Below, piece by piece: positions 18,284 to 27,602 of a stretch of 32,000 bases of DNA. The notes below the pieces were generated by a model, which worked only from the letters and a program-made list of their open reading frames with translations, searched no databases and was not told where the DNA came from. A program made the position numbers and the translations under genes. Position 1 is the stretch's first letter. The number at the start of each line of letters is the position of its first letter. The stretch spans positions 990,001 to 1,022,000 of the forward strand of contig NC_014972.1 of the NCBI RefSeq assembly GCF_000186885.1. The letters are read 5' to 3'. The stretch comes from Desulfobulbus propionicus DSM 2032. Lineage in GTDB: Bacteria > Desulfobacterota > Desulfobulbia > Desulfobulbales > Desulfobulbaceae.

Positions 18284-19204
18284 ATGCCGAGAAGGAAAAA
18301 CATCATTCTAATCGCCAACAGTTCCGCCACGCAAATGGCCGCCAAGGTGGCCAGGGAGCTGGATATTCCGGTGACCGAGATGATCACCCGCACCTTTGCC
18401 GACGGCGAGCTGTACCATGCCTTTCCCCGTGACATCGCCGGCCACGACCTGGTGATCATCGCCAACACCCCGGACGATTGCGCCCATCAGGAACTGATCG
18501 ACCTGGTCACCGGGGCGCGTTACTGGAATGCCCTGTCGGTCAACGTGGTCATTCCCTACCTGGGCTACTCGACCATGGAGCGGGCCAAGCCCGAGTCGGG
18601 CGAGATTCCCAAGGGGATCACCCGCACCCGGCAGATCTTCCGCGCCCGGCCCGACTATGTCGCCTTTCTCGATCTCCACTCCGAGTCGGTGATGCATGCC
18701 CACAGCGGCGAGGTGCGCACCCGCCATCTGTGGACCGAGCAGGTGGCCGCCGAGAAGATCCGCCAGCTGCACATCGACAATCCGGTGCTGGTATCGCCGG
18801 ATTATGGCTTTTCCAAACGGGTGGCGCGGCTGGCCGGGCTGCTCGGCTGCCCGCACACCGCCGCCAACAAGGACCGCTACGATGTCGACCAGACCATTGT
18901 CGGCCAGTTGTCCGGCGCGGTGCGGGGCCGGACCGCGATCATCTGCGACGACATGATCCGCACGGGCGGCTCCATGCTCCAGACCGTGGATCGCTGCTAT
19001 CAGGCGGGCGCGGTCGGAGTGATGGTCATGGCCACCCATTTGGTCCTGGCCGGCAATGCCCGGGAGCGCTTTCTGGAAAAGGGGATCGGCTGCATCATCG
19101 GCGCCGACACCTATCCGGGCCGGGAGAGCGACGACCTGCTCCAAGTCTATTCGGTGGCCCCGGTGATCGCCGATGAATTGAAGGGATATTTTCGCCTGCA
19201 CTGA
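18284..19204 (+). CDS. Ribose-phosphate pyrophosphokinase (Prs)-family protein, divergent
   Basis: 306 aa with the Prs two-domain layout. The N-terminal domain reads [34 protein letters not shown]. Also present are [23 protein letters not shown] and the ribose-5-P loop [13 protein letters not shown]. The canonical YARQDR segment is replaced by [10 protein letters not shown]. Confidence 0.8.
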   Translation: MPRRKNIILIANSSATQMAAKVARELDIPVTEMITRTFADGELYHAFPRDIAGHDLVIIANTPDDCAHQELIDLVTGARYWNALSVNVVIPYLGYSTMERAKPESGEIPKGITRTRQIFRARPDYVAFLDLHSESVMHAHSGEVRTRHLWTEQVAAEKIRQLHIDNPVLVSPDYGFSKRVARLAGLLGCPHTAANKDRYDVDQTIVGQLSGAVRGRTAIICDDMIRTGGSMLQTVDRCYQAGAVGVMVMATHLVLAGNARERFLEKGIGCIIGADTYPGRESDDLLQVYSVAPVIADELKGYFRLH

Positions 19205-19242
19205 GCCAGGCGCAACATTGTGAACCACAGCGGAAGGAAACT

Positions 19243-20361
19243 ATGAAAAAAGTAGGTATTGTCGGCTGGCGCGGCATGGTCGGCTCCGTGCTCATGGAGC
19301 GGATGCGGCAGGAAGGGGATTTTCAGGGCTATGAGCCGCTATTTTTTTCCACCTCGCAGGCCGGGCAGGCCGGCCCGGAGGTCAACGGCACGGTCCATGA
19401 GCTGATGGACGGCCGCAACGTGGCGCTGCTGGCGGAGATGGACATCATCGTCTCCTGTCAGGGGGGCAGCTACACCGCCGAGGTGTATCCGCAGTTGATG
19501 GCCAAGGGGTGGCAGGGCTACTGGATCGACGCCGCCTCCAAGCTGCGGCTGGACGCCGATTCGATCATCGTCCTTGACCCGGTCAACCGCAAGGTGATCG
19601 ATCAGGGCTTGGCCAAGGGCATCAAGAAGTACATCGGCGGCAACTGCACCGTCTCGTTGATGCTCATGGCGCTCGGCGGCCTGTTCGAGCGCGGCTGGGT
19701 GGAGTGGATCAGCAGCCAGACCTATCAGGCCGCTTCCGGCGCCGGGGCCAAGAACATGCGCGAACTGGTGGAGCAGATGCGCCTGGTGGGCGAGAACGCC
19801 GGGTACCTGCTCGACAATCCGGCCTCGGCCATCCTCGAGCTGGATCGCAACGTGGTCGAGACCCTGCGCAACCCGGCCTTTCCGATCAATAATTTCGGCG
19901 CGCCCCTGGCCGGCAGCCTCATTCCCTGGATCGACACCGCCATGGACAACGGCCAGACCCGCGAGGAATGGAAGGGGGTCACCGAAACCAACAAGATCCT
20001 GGGCCTTGCTCCCGGCCAGATTCCGGTGGACGGCTGCTGCGTGCGCATCTCCGCCATGCGCTGTCACAGCCAGGCCTTTACCATCAAGCTGAACAAGGAT
20101 GTTCCCTTGACGGAGATCGAGCAGGCCATCGCCGGTCATAATCCATGGGTCCACTTGGTGGCAAATACCAAGGAACAGACCCTCAAGGAGCTGACCCCGG
20201 CCCGGGTCACCGGCACGCTCGATATCCCGGTGGGCCGGTTGCGCAAGATGAATCTCGGGCCCGAGTATGTCAGCGCCTTTTCCGTGGGCGATCAATTGCT
20301 CTGGGGCGCGGCCGAACCGGTGCGCCGGATGCTCAAGATTGCCCTGGAGCATATCGGGTAA
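19243..20361 (+). CDS. asd: Aspartate-semialdehyde dehydrogenase
   Basis: 372 aa. The N-terminus is [17 protein letters not shown], the active-site region is GGNCTVS, and [11 protein letters not shown] is also present. It is the long (E. coli-type) Asd form. Confidence 0.95.
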   Translation: MKKVGIVGWRGMVGSVLMERMRQEGDFQGYEPLFFSTSQAGQAGPEVNGTVHELMDGRNVALLAEMDIIVSCQGGSYTAEVYPQLMAKGWQGYWIDAASKLRLDADSIIVLDPVNRKVIDQGLAKGIKKYIGGNCTVSLMLMALGGLFERGWVEWISSQTYQAASGAGAKNMRELVEQMRLVGENAGYLLDNPASAILELDRNVVETLRNPAFPINNFGAPLAGSLIPWIDTAMDNGQTREEWKGVTETNKILGLAPGQIPVDGCCVRISAMRCHSQAFTIKLNKDVPLTEIEQAIAGHNPWVHLVANTKEQTLKELTPARVTGTLDIPVGRLRKMNLGPEYVSAFSVGDQLLWGAAEPVRRMLKIALEHIG

Positions 20362-20391
20362 CCTCTCCCGCACGCACGGGGCAGAGAGCAG

Positions 20392-20426
20392 AGCCGCTTC
20401 CCATGCCGGGAAGCGGCTTTTTTTTT
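20392..20426 (+). terminator. Rho-independent terminator of asd
   Basis: An 11-bp stem agccgcttccc / gggaagcggct with a 5-nt loop is followed by a run of 9 T. It begins 30 nt after the asd stop. Confidence 0.9.
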
Positions 20427-20433
20427 GTACGGA

Positions 20434-21405
20434 TCAACGGCCGGGCATGGGCGCAAACTCCGCCGGCACCCAGGTATAGCTGCCGCTGCCCTCGGCGCGG
20501 ACATGGCCGATACCCGGGAAGGGCAGGTGCATGCCGGCGACCAGGGTCCGGCTGTTCGCCATTTCCGCCATCAGGGCCTTGCGGGTGGCGATGGCCTGCT
20601 GTTGGTCAACATCGAATTCGATGGACACCTCCGGATGGGCGAACTGGACCGCATGGGCGTGGACCACGTCGCCCCAGATGAGCAGCTTCTGTCCGTCGGA
20701 TTCCACCGCATAGGCGGTATGACCGGGCGTGTGGCCGCTGGCCGTGACCGCCCGGATGCCGGGCACCAGCACCGTGCCCGCGGCAAAGGTGTTCCACCGG
20801 CCGTTGGCCTGGTAGGGGGCGGCGATGTCGCGGGCTAGCGTGAAGGCGGCCCGTTTCGCTTCCGGCGCGCTTGCCGCCGTCTGTTCGTTCAGCCAGTAGT
20901 CGTTGTCCGCCTGGGCGACCCACACCTTGGCCTTGGCGAACAGCGGTTGGCCGTGCTCGTCGTTCAGGCCGCCGAGGTGGTCGCCGTGCATGTGGGTGAG
21001 CAGGACCACATCCACCTGCTCCGGGGTATGGCCGCTGGCTTCCAGGTTCGGGCGAATACAACCGAGGTTTGGGCCAAAGAGGGTGCCGGCCCCGGTATCA
21101 ATCAGCACCAGTTGTTCGCCGGTGTTGACCAGATAGGCGTTGACCGCGGTCTGCATCTTGGGATTGCCGACAAACATCCTGGCGAGCAGGGTATCGAGAT
21201 CGGCCGCGTCGACATTGTGGAGCAGCTTGGTGTCGAGTTGAATGGCGCCATCAAAGAGGGCGGTGATCTCAAAACGGCCCAACTGCATGCGATAATAGCC
21301 GGGCACCTGGCTGCCGACCTGTGGTGCCTGGGCCTGGACGATTGCGGGCATGGTGAAGAGCTGGGAAGCAAGAGCGACAACAACGAAGAGCAGCGATCTG
21401 AACAT
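20434..21405 (-). CDS. Secreted MBL-fold metallo-hydrolase
   Basis: Trimmed to ATG 21403-21405, which is preceded by AAGGAGGATGTC. The signal peptide is MFRSLLFVVVALASQLFTMPAIVQAQA. The metallo-beta-lactamase motif is LTHMHGDHLGG, with later His residues (SGHTPGHT, VHAHA). Confidence 0.85.
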   Translation of the reverse strand: MFRSLLFVVVALASQLFTMPAIVQAQAPQVGSQVPGYYRMQLGRFEITALFDGAIQLDTKLLHNVDAADLDTLLARMFVGNPKMQTAVNAYLVNTGEQLVLIDTGAGTLFGPNLGCIRPNLEASGHTPEQVDVVLLTHMHGDHLGGLNDEHGQPLFAKAKVWVAQADNDYWLNEQTAASAPEAKRAAFTLARDIAAPYQANGRWNTFAAGTVLVPGIRAVTASGHTPGHTAYAVESDGQKLLIWGDVVHAHAVQFAHPEVSIEFDVDQQQAIATRKALMAEMANSRTLVAGMHLPFPGIGHVRAEGSGSYTWVPAEFAPMPGR

Positions 21406-21493
21406 GACATCCTCCTTGAACGAGAAGTGACAAGTGTACCTTTCAGTATAAGCACTTGAACAGGAAGAGGAGCCGGTCACCGATGAAAAAAAC

Positions 21494-24400
21494 TCACCCC
21501 TCCCGAATCAACCGCAGCAGGTCGTCGGCGGAGAGGCTGGCGCTGGTGTCGGTTGCGTCGAGCAGGCTGTCGGCCAGGTCGCGTTTTTCGGCATGGAGGC
21601 GCACGATCTTCTCCTCGATGGTCTGCTGCGCCACCAGGCGGTAGACGGTCACCGGCCGCTGCTGGCCGATGCGGTGCGCCCGGTCCGAGGCCTGGTCCTC
21701 CACCGCCGGATTCCACCAGGGATCCATGTGGATGACATAGTCGGCGGCGGTCAGATTCAGTCCCAGGCCGCCGGCCTTGAGGCTGATGAGAAAGAGATCG
21801 CCCTGGCCGGCCTGGAAGGCCTCGACCTCGCGCTGCCGTTCCTTGGGCGGAGTCGAGCCGTCGAGATAACGGTACGGAATGGCACGCGCATCGAGATATT
21901 CGCGGATCAGGGCCAGGTGGCCGACGAACTGGCTGAACACCAGGGCCTTGTGGCCGTTGTCGAGCAGTTCCGCCACCACCTCGCCGAAGAGGGCGAGCTT
22001 GGCGCCGGCGATCGTGCTGTCGGCCTGGAGCAGGCGCGGGTGGCAACAGGCCTGGCGCAAGCGGGTGATCTCGGCCAGGATGCGCATCGGCTTCTGCCCG
22101 TTTGTCCCTTGCTCGGCGTCGATCCGCTCCAGGGCCTGTTGGCGCAGGGCCTCGTAGAAGGCCGTTTCCTCCGGGCTCAGTTCCACCCGGAGTACCACCT
22201 CGGTCCGTGGCGGCAGTTCTTCGAGCACCTGGGATTTGAGCCGGCGGAGGATAAAGGGCTGTACCAATTTTTTCAGCCGGCGGGCGACCTCGCGGTCGTT
22301 GTGCCGTTCGATCGGCGCGGCGAAGCGGGTGGTGAATCGTTCCCGGGAGCCGAGCAGGCCAGGGTTGATGAAGTTGAACAGGGTCCAGAACTCGCCCAGA
22401 TGATTCTCGATCGGCGTGCCGGTGGTCACGACCCTGAATCGGGCCTGGAGGTGCATGGCCGCCTGCGAGCGCTTGGTGGCGGCGTTCTTGATCGCCTGGG
22501 CCTCGTCCAACACCACGGTCTGCCACTGGACCGCGGTGAGCAGGTGCGATTCCTGGTGGAGCAGGCCGTAGCTGGCCACGACGAGATCGAAGGGGCCAAG
22601 ATGGGCGATTTGATTCTGGCGATCGGTGCCGCCGAAGGGAATGCCGTTGAGGGTGGGGGCAAAGCGCCTGGCCTCGGCCAGCCAGTTGGCGCAGACCGAG
22701 GTGGGGGCAATCACCAGGGTCGGTCCCTGGGGCGCCTGGTGGAGAATGGCGGCCAGGGTCTGCACCGTCTTGCCCAGCCCCATGTCGTCGGCCAGGCAGG
22801 CACCCAACCCCAGATGCGCCAGACGGGCCAGCCAGTGGAAGCCGTCGCGCTGGTAGTCGCGCAGTTGGGCCTTGAGGGTCGAGGGCGGTTGCGGCGTCTG
22901 GGCCAGTCCCTCGCGGAGGCGCGAGATCCGTTCAAACCACTGGGGAGCGGCATCCAGTTCGCCGACCTGATGGGTGAACTCCTCCAGGGCCAGGGCGGCC
23001 AAGGGATGGACGCCGATCTTTTTGCCCCGTTTGTCGGCATAAGCGGCCAGCTCATCGAGCCGTTTGCGCAGCTCGTGGGACAGGGCGACAAACTCGCCGT
23101 CGCCCAGGGGCAGAAAACGGTGCGGGGTGGTCTGCACCAGGTCGAGCAACTGCTTGATGTTCAGCACCCGCTCCTGGTCCACCCGCAGTTCGCCCTCGAC
23201 CTCGAACCAGTTGTCGGCACTGCCCAGCCGCAAGCGCATGTTGGCACAGGACACCGGGGGGCCGACCTTGAGTTTCTCGCCCTCGGGCCACTCCACCAGG
23301 GCGTCGCCGTGTTCCTGCCGTTCCCGCAATTCCAGCAGCACCTGCAGGGCCTCCTCGGGCGACTCGGCAAACCACTGGCCGTCCAGCTCGGACAAGGCGG
23401 CAAGGCTGGGCAGGCTGCGCACCAAGGCCGCGGCCCGGGCCCTTTCCTCCTGCAGGTTGCGCTCCGTCTGGCATTTGCGATCTTCAACGTCGGCCATCAG
23501 ATTTTTTGCTCCCTGGCCGGCTTTGAGGTAAGGGCCGCCATTGCCCAGTGGCCTGACAAAGACCTCCAGGCGAAACCCCTCGCCGTGGGGCAGGAGATGG
23601 ACGCGGGGGCGGGGATCGGCCGGGATGGCGGTCACCGCGTGGGCCGTTCCGGGAATGGTCGAGTGGACCGTGACCAGGGAGGCCATCGAGGCCAGCACCG
23701 GGGCCACCTCGTCCATGGCCGACGCCGGCAGGGTCAGGCCTTTGGCGCCAAGAATCCGGGCCAGGCGATGGTGGGCCTCGGTGCATTCGACCACCCGATA
23801 GCGGCTGGGCGTTTCCCGCACCAACGCGTAGCGTTCCTCGCTCCCCACGTCGGGCGAGAAGCGGATCACCATATCCTTGCCCTTGCCCACCACCAGGATC
23901 TCCGGCTCGCCCTTGAGCACTTCCACCGGTGTGGTCAGCGCATCGGCGAGGAAGAGCAGGGGATGGCCGATCAGAGCAGGCAGGGCCTGCTTGAGGTTGA
24001 AGGCGTAGTGATGGCTGCCGTAATAGGCGTCCACCCGCCGGATGGCAGCGCGCAGGGGGTGATCGGCCTCGGTCAGGCCGTCGAGCTTGTCGCCGCTGAC
24101 CAGTCGTTGCAGGGCGATGGGCCGTCCCTTGGTCCAGACGCCCTTGGCGCTGAGTTTTTGCTCCAGCGGACTGATTTCGGCAAGTGCCCCGGTGGCGGCA
24201 AAGCGCAGCAGATAGACGATGCGGTTGCGCGGCCCATGCCCGCCTTCCGTGTTCGGTTTGTCCGCGCCTTCGGCCGCCATGCGCAGGGCGCGCAGGCTCT
24301 TGCGCCAGGGCACCTCGACCTCGATGCCCGCCGTCAGCGGAACCAGGCCCAGGGTCTCGCGGGTGGCGCGAACATACTCCCGGCGGCTGGTTGTCTCCTT

Positions 24401-25837
24401 GTCGGCCCGGCAGAGCAGCTGGGCGTACTCCAGGGCCAGCCAGTCGAATCCTGCCTCGCGGGCGCGCTCAAACGACTGGTTGAGGAGAGTGATGTCCTTG
24501 CGGGCGAGGCGGCCGTCAATGGAAAACAGGGCCATGCCGACCAGGAGGGGGCCGAGCGCGCCCTCGATTTTGCTTCTCTTCTCGGTGTAGGGGCGCAGCG
24601 GCCGGCGAGCGGCCTCGGCGGAAAGTCCGCTCTGGCTGCCGAGCATGGCCTCGATGGAGGCCAGGCCAACGGCTATGGAGTTGACCGGCTCGCTGCGGCG
24701 CAGGGCTTGGTCGAGATAGACGCCGGCCTTGCCAAGGCTGGCGGCGTCACCCTTGCGCAGCAGGGCCAGGAGGAAAAAGGGGGTCAGGTCGGAGCTGAGA
24801 AGGGCGGCGCGTTTGCGCTGTCGTTTTCGCAATTCCTTGAGATCGGATTCAAAAAGCTCCAGCGCCTCGTCGATCCGGCCTTCGATCAGGGCAATCCAGC
24901 CGCCGAATCCAAAAGCGTAGTTGGCGGTGTCGCGCCGCATCTCTTCAATGCACTGGCGCGCCTGGGCGGTCTGCCCGCTGAGGATGTGCTGGTGGATCAG
25001 GTAGTAGAGCAGCGTCACCCGGTCGCCTGGGGAAGCCGCCGCCCGCAGGGCCGGATCACAGGCGAGCTTCCACGCCTCCGGCTCTGCTTCCAGATAAAAA
25101 AACGAGTGGGAAAGGATGAGGGTGAGGAGCTGGATCTGACGTGCGGCGGGCAGGGTTGTACACCAAACAGGGTCAAAGGGGTTGGCGACCAAGCGGACCA
25201 GCGGATGAATGAACGGCTGGTGTTCGCAGCAGTGGGAGAGCAGGGTGTCGGTTAGGGCGGCAAGGCTCGATGCGTCGTCGCCGTAGTACAGGGCAATGCG
25301 CAACTCGCGTTGGGTCCGGCTGCAGGCGGCGGTCAGTTGGCGGCCCATGAAGGAATACGACGTGGTTGGTGCGGGCAGCACCGAGCGGACAGCGGTGATA
25401 ATCGACCAGGCCAGGAAGACAGGAACCGGCAGCGGCTGCGGTTTGGGAGCGCGGGTTTTGACACCGCTGCGGTTGGGGATAACGCGTTTCTTGGCCGTTT
25501 CCACGGTCTGCGGCAGTGGCGTGATTGTACTCTGTTTGTCGGCAAACAGCCTGCGGACAACCACCTCGACGATCAGCTCGTTGATCAGATTGTGCTCGTC
25601 GATAAGCCCCAGAGTTCGCAGGCGACGCAACTGCGGGGCCAAGGATGTAAGGGGGGGACCGTCGGTTTCGTCGTTCAAGGGCAGGCCGGCTTGGGTGCAG
25701 AGCGTACACACCGTGGCATTGGCCACAGGTTCGGCGGCTACCGCCAGGACGTACAGCACGGAGCGTTCCAGGGGGGAGAGTCGGTTAATCTGTTCCAACA
25801 ACTTGGCGCGGTCGGCGTCTCGATGTGGGGGCGACAT
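21494..25837 (-). CDS. SNF2-family DNA-dependent ATPase/helicase (1447 aa) with long N-terminal extension
   Basis: The C-terminal ~460 aa carry SNF2 motifs: LRDYQRDGFHWL, DDMGLGKT (I), DEAQAIKN (II), TGTPIENHL (III) and QASDRAHRIGQ (VI). The middle region (about residues 550-980) resembles the bacterial SNF2-helicase-associated domain. I did not recognise the first ~550 aa. No Shine-Dalgarno precedes ATG 25835-25837. Confidence 0.9.
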   Translation of the reverse strand: MSPPHRDADRAKLLEQINRLSPLERSVLYVLAVAAEPVANATVCTLCTQAGLPLNDETDGPPLTSLAPQLRRLRTLGLIDEHNLINELIVEVVVRRLFADKQSTITPLPQTVETAKKRVIPNRSGVKTRAPKPQPLPVPVFLAWSIITAVRSVLPAPTTSYSFMGRQLTAACSRTQRELRIALYYGDDASSLAALTDTLLSHCCEHQPFIHPLVRLVANPFDPVWCTTLPAARQIQLLTLILSHSFFYLEAEPEAWKLACDPALRAAASPGDRVTLLYYLIHQHILSGQTAQARQCIEEMRRDTANYAFGFGGWIALIEGRIDEALELFESDLKELRKRQRKRAALLSSDLTPFFLLALLRKGDAASLGKAGVYLDQALRRSEPVNSIAVGLASIEAMLGSQSGLSAEAARRPLRPYTEKRSKIEGALGPLLVGMALFSIDGRLARKDITLLNQSFERAREAGFDWLALEYAQLLCRADKETTSRREYVRATRETLGLVPLTAGIEVEVPWRKSLRALRMAAEGADKPNTEGGHGPRNRIVYLLRFAATGALAEISPLEQKLSAKGVWTKGRPIALQRLVSGDKLDGLTEADHPLRAAIRRVDAYYGSHHYAFNLKQALPALIGHPLLFLADALTTPVEVLKGEPEILVVGKGKDMVIRFSPDVGSEERYALVRETPSRYRVVECTEAHHRLARILGAKGLTLPASAMDEVAPVLASMASLVTVHSTIPGTAHAVTAIPADPRPRVHLLPHGEGFRLEVFVRPLGNGGPYLKAGQGAKNLMADVEDRKCQTERNLQEERARAAALVRSLPSLAALSELDGQWFAESPEEALQVLLELRERQEHGDALVEWPEGEKLKVGPPVSCANMRLRLGSADNWFEVEGELRVDQERVLNIKQLLDLVQTTPHRFLPLGDGEFVALSHELRKRLDELAAYADKRGKKIGVHPLAALALEEFTHQVGELDAAPQWFERISRLREGLAQTPQPPSTLKAQLRDYQRDGFHWLARLAHLGLGACLADDMGLGKTVQTLAAILHQAPQGPTLVIAPTSVCANWLAEARRFAPTLNGIPFGGTDRQNQIAHLGPFDLVVASYGLLHQESHLLTAVQWQTVVLDEAQAIKNAATKRSQAAMHLQARFRVVTTGTPIENHLGEFWTLFNFINPGLLGSRERFTTRFAAPIERHNDREVARRLKKLVQPFILRRLKSQVLEELPPRTEVVLRVELSPEETAFYEALRQQALERIDAEQGTNGQKPMRILAEITRLRQACCHPRLLQADSTIAGAKLALFGEVVAELLDNGHKALVFSQFVGHLALIREYLDARAIPYRYLDGSTPPKERQREVEAFQAGQGDLFLISLKAGGLGLNLTAADYVIHMDPWWNPAVEDQASDRAHRIGQQRPVTVYRLVAQQTIEEKIVRLHAEKRDLADSLLDATDTSASLSADDLLRLIREG

Positions 25838-25886
25838 GGGCGGCTCAGGGAGAGAGGGGATGGTTGCAGCCTTTCAACAACCGCAG

Positions 25887-26723
25887 CTAGCGGAGGATAA
25901 AGCCCAGGACCTTGAGATTCTTGGCCCACGGACCCCAGGGGCCGGATTCGAACGAGGCGGTCATGCGCCGGGGATCAAACAACACCGTGGCATCCTGGTC
26001 CAGATGGCATTGGCGGTCGTAGTTGGTGTGGCTGATGCGCAGGGTCCAGGTGCCATCGGGATTGTTACGCACCTCTTCGACATAGGCGGGATGACCGGTG
26101 GGCATGTTGCGGCCTGTGTTGGCGTCGAGGACGATCACCGAGCCGGCGGCGGGCATGGCCGAGGTGGCGCTGTTGGCGCGGGCGCAGGCAAACCACTGGA
26201 CCGGACTGGTGTTGCCCAGTCGGCAGGTGGTGATCCCGGTGCGGCAGCGGGCATAGATCAGGCTCTGCGGCTGACAGAGACCGACGGTCCTGGTGGTGAC
26301 GACCCGGGTCGTGGCGGCGGCCGCCTTTTTTTTCTGTTTGACCGCCACCTTGGCGGCCTTGCCTTTGGTCGTCTTTCCGGCGGTTTTCTTGCTTGCTTTG
26401 TTCGATGGACGGCTTTGTTTGACCGTCTTTTTGACCACCATCGTTTTCGCCGGCCGCAGATGGTAGCAGGCATCCCGGTTGCGCTCGCTGTTGAGGAGCT
26501 GTTCCGGGGAGGCGCAGACCGGGGACGCGCTCGCCTCCCTTGCCGCCTCGCCCGCCGTGCTGGCGGCAGCGGCCGGATCGGTGGCGTCGGCGGTGGGCCG
26601 ATGCGCCTGCGTCGGCGGCGATTGCTGCGTGGCCGCGGAGTGTTTGGTCGGCGAGCAGCCGGCGCAGAAAAGCAGGAGGGCGCTGGCTAGGAACAGGGCT
26701 GTATTGAGAGCGGATCGGTGCAT
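25887..26723 (-). CDS. Lipoprotein with C-terminal CHAP (cysteine/histidine-dependent amidohydrolase/peptidase) domain
   Basis: The signal peptide and lipobox-like sequence read ALFLASALLLFCAGCS. An Ala/Pro/Thr-rich segment and a very basic K/A/T-rich segment follow. The CHAP pattern is CQPQSLIYARCRTGI...GSVIVLD...GHPAYVEEV...LRISHTNYD. GGAG lies 6 nt upstream of the ATG. Confidence 0.8.
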   Translation of the reverse strand: MHRSALNTALFLASALLLFCAGCSPTKHSAATQQSPPTQAHRPTADATDPAAAASTAGEAAREASASPVCASPEQLLNSERNRDACYHLRPAKTMVVKKTVKQSRPSNKASKKTAGKTTKGKAAKVAVKQKKKAAAATTRVVTTRTVGLCQPQSLIYARCRTGITTCRLGNTSPVQWFACARANSATSAMPAAGSVIVLDANTGRNMPTGHPAYVEEVRNNPDGTWTLRISHTNYDRQCHLDQDATVLFDPRRMTASFESGPWGPWAKNLKVLGFILR

Positions 26724-26738
26724 GGGATTCTCCGGCGG

Positions 26739-27602
26739 TTAGAAAGTGGTGACGGTCTGCTGCGGGGGGCAGGACGCTTCCTGCCCAGTGCATTTTCGGC
26801 AGATGGGCAGGCGGTATTCGCCGTTTCTGAGCTGTTTCCGGATCGCCCGGTATCGGGGGCTGAACCAGATATCGAGAAACTTGTCGGTGCGGATGTTGCC
26901 GAAGACCACCGAGCTCAGATAATCGTGGCAGCAGAGGATCACGTTGCCGGCGTAATCGATGGCCACCGGATTGCCGGGATCGGTGCAGCGGGGAACGGTG
27001 TTGACCCTGGCCGGTTGGATGAGGCCGCCGCGATTGTACAGCGGTGTATCCGCGTCGAAGCGGTTGTAGCGGATCCTGGCCAACAGCTTGTCGTTGTTTT
27101 CCAAATGGGCAAACAGGGCCTGCATGTTGTTGCTCATCGATTCGCCGTGCTGGGTAATGGAAAATTTGTCGACTCCGGCCTCGATCAGGGCATGGAAGGT
27201 GTCCACGGTCAGGGCATCGCCGTTGGAGATGAGGACGATATGAACCTTGGGCAGCTTCGCCCTGGTGTAGGCCATCAGCGGGATGAGTCGGGGGTCGAGC
27301 AGCGGTTCGCCGTACAGCTGGGGGCTGAGCCGTCCCCTGAAGTTGATGGTGGCCAGCTCGTCGATCAGCTTATGGTACAGGGCCTCGTCCATGCGCTGTT
27401 CGTTTTTGATCAGCCCCCGCTCGAACACACTGTTGGGGCAGTAGGCGCAGCGCCTGTTGCACGAGGTGTTGATCTCGATGTTGAAATCGCTGAAAAAATC
27501 CCAGTGGCCGTAGCGAACGGAAAATTTGATGAAATAACGGATCCACTTCAGGCGGTTGGCCAGCGTTGGCTGCAGGCGGGGGGAGGGGCATGGTTGGTTC
27601 AT
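26739..27602 (-). CDS. Radical SAM enzyme with SPASM/twitch-like C-terminal Cys cluster (287 aa)
   Basis: The radical SAM motif is IEINTSCNRRCAYCPNS (CxxxCxxC), with GEPLLDP following. The C-terminal cysteines are RC-x17-CC (with G-x4-C spacing in AGNVILCC) and CRKCTGQEASC. The stop lies 15 nt before the CHAP lipoprotein start. Confidence 0.85.
   Translation of the reverse strand: MNQPCPSPRLQPTLANRLKWIRYFIKFSVRYGHWDFFSDFNIEINTSCNRRCAYCPNSVFERGLIKNEQRMDEALYHKLIDELATINFRGRLSPQLYGEPLLDPRLIPLMAYTRAKLPKVHIVLISNGDALTVDTFHALIEAGVDKFSITQHGESMSNNMQALFAHLENNDKLLARIRYNRFDADTPLYNRGGLIQPARVNTVPRCTDPGNPVAIDYAGNVILCCHDYLSSVVFGNIRTDKFLDIWFSPRYRAIRKQLRNGEYRLPICRKCTGQEASCPPQQTVTTF

Noticed and set aside
21593-25255. 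1220-aa ORF on the + strand opposite the SNF2 gene
   Set aside because: It is antisense to a gene with complete SNF2 helicase motifs. The product is a G/A/R/L/Q-rich low-complexity sequence with no motifs. This is a typical high-G+C shadow ORF.
26739-27602. Idea that the short radical SAM protein is a prokaryotic viperin-like antiviral enzyme next to an SNF2 defence helicase
   Set aside because: Apart from CxxxCxxC, the sequence does not follow the viperin pattern as I remember it. It has a SPASM/twitch-type C-terminal Cys cluster that viperins lack. No other defence-associated genes are nearby.
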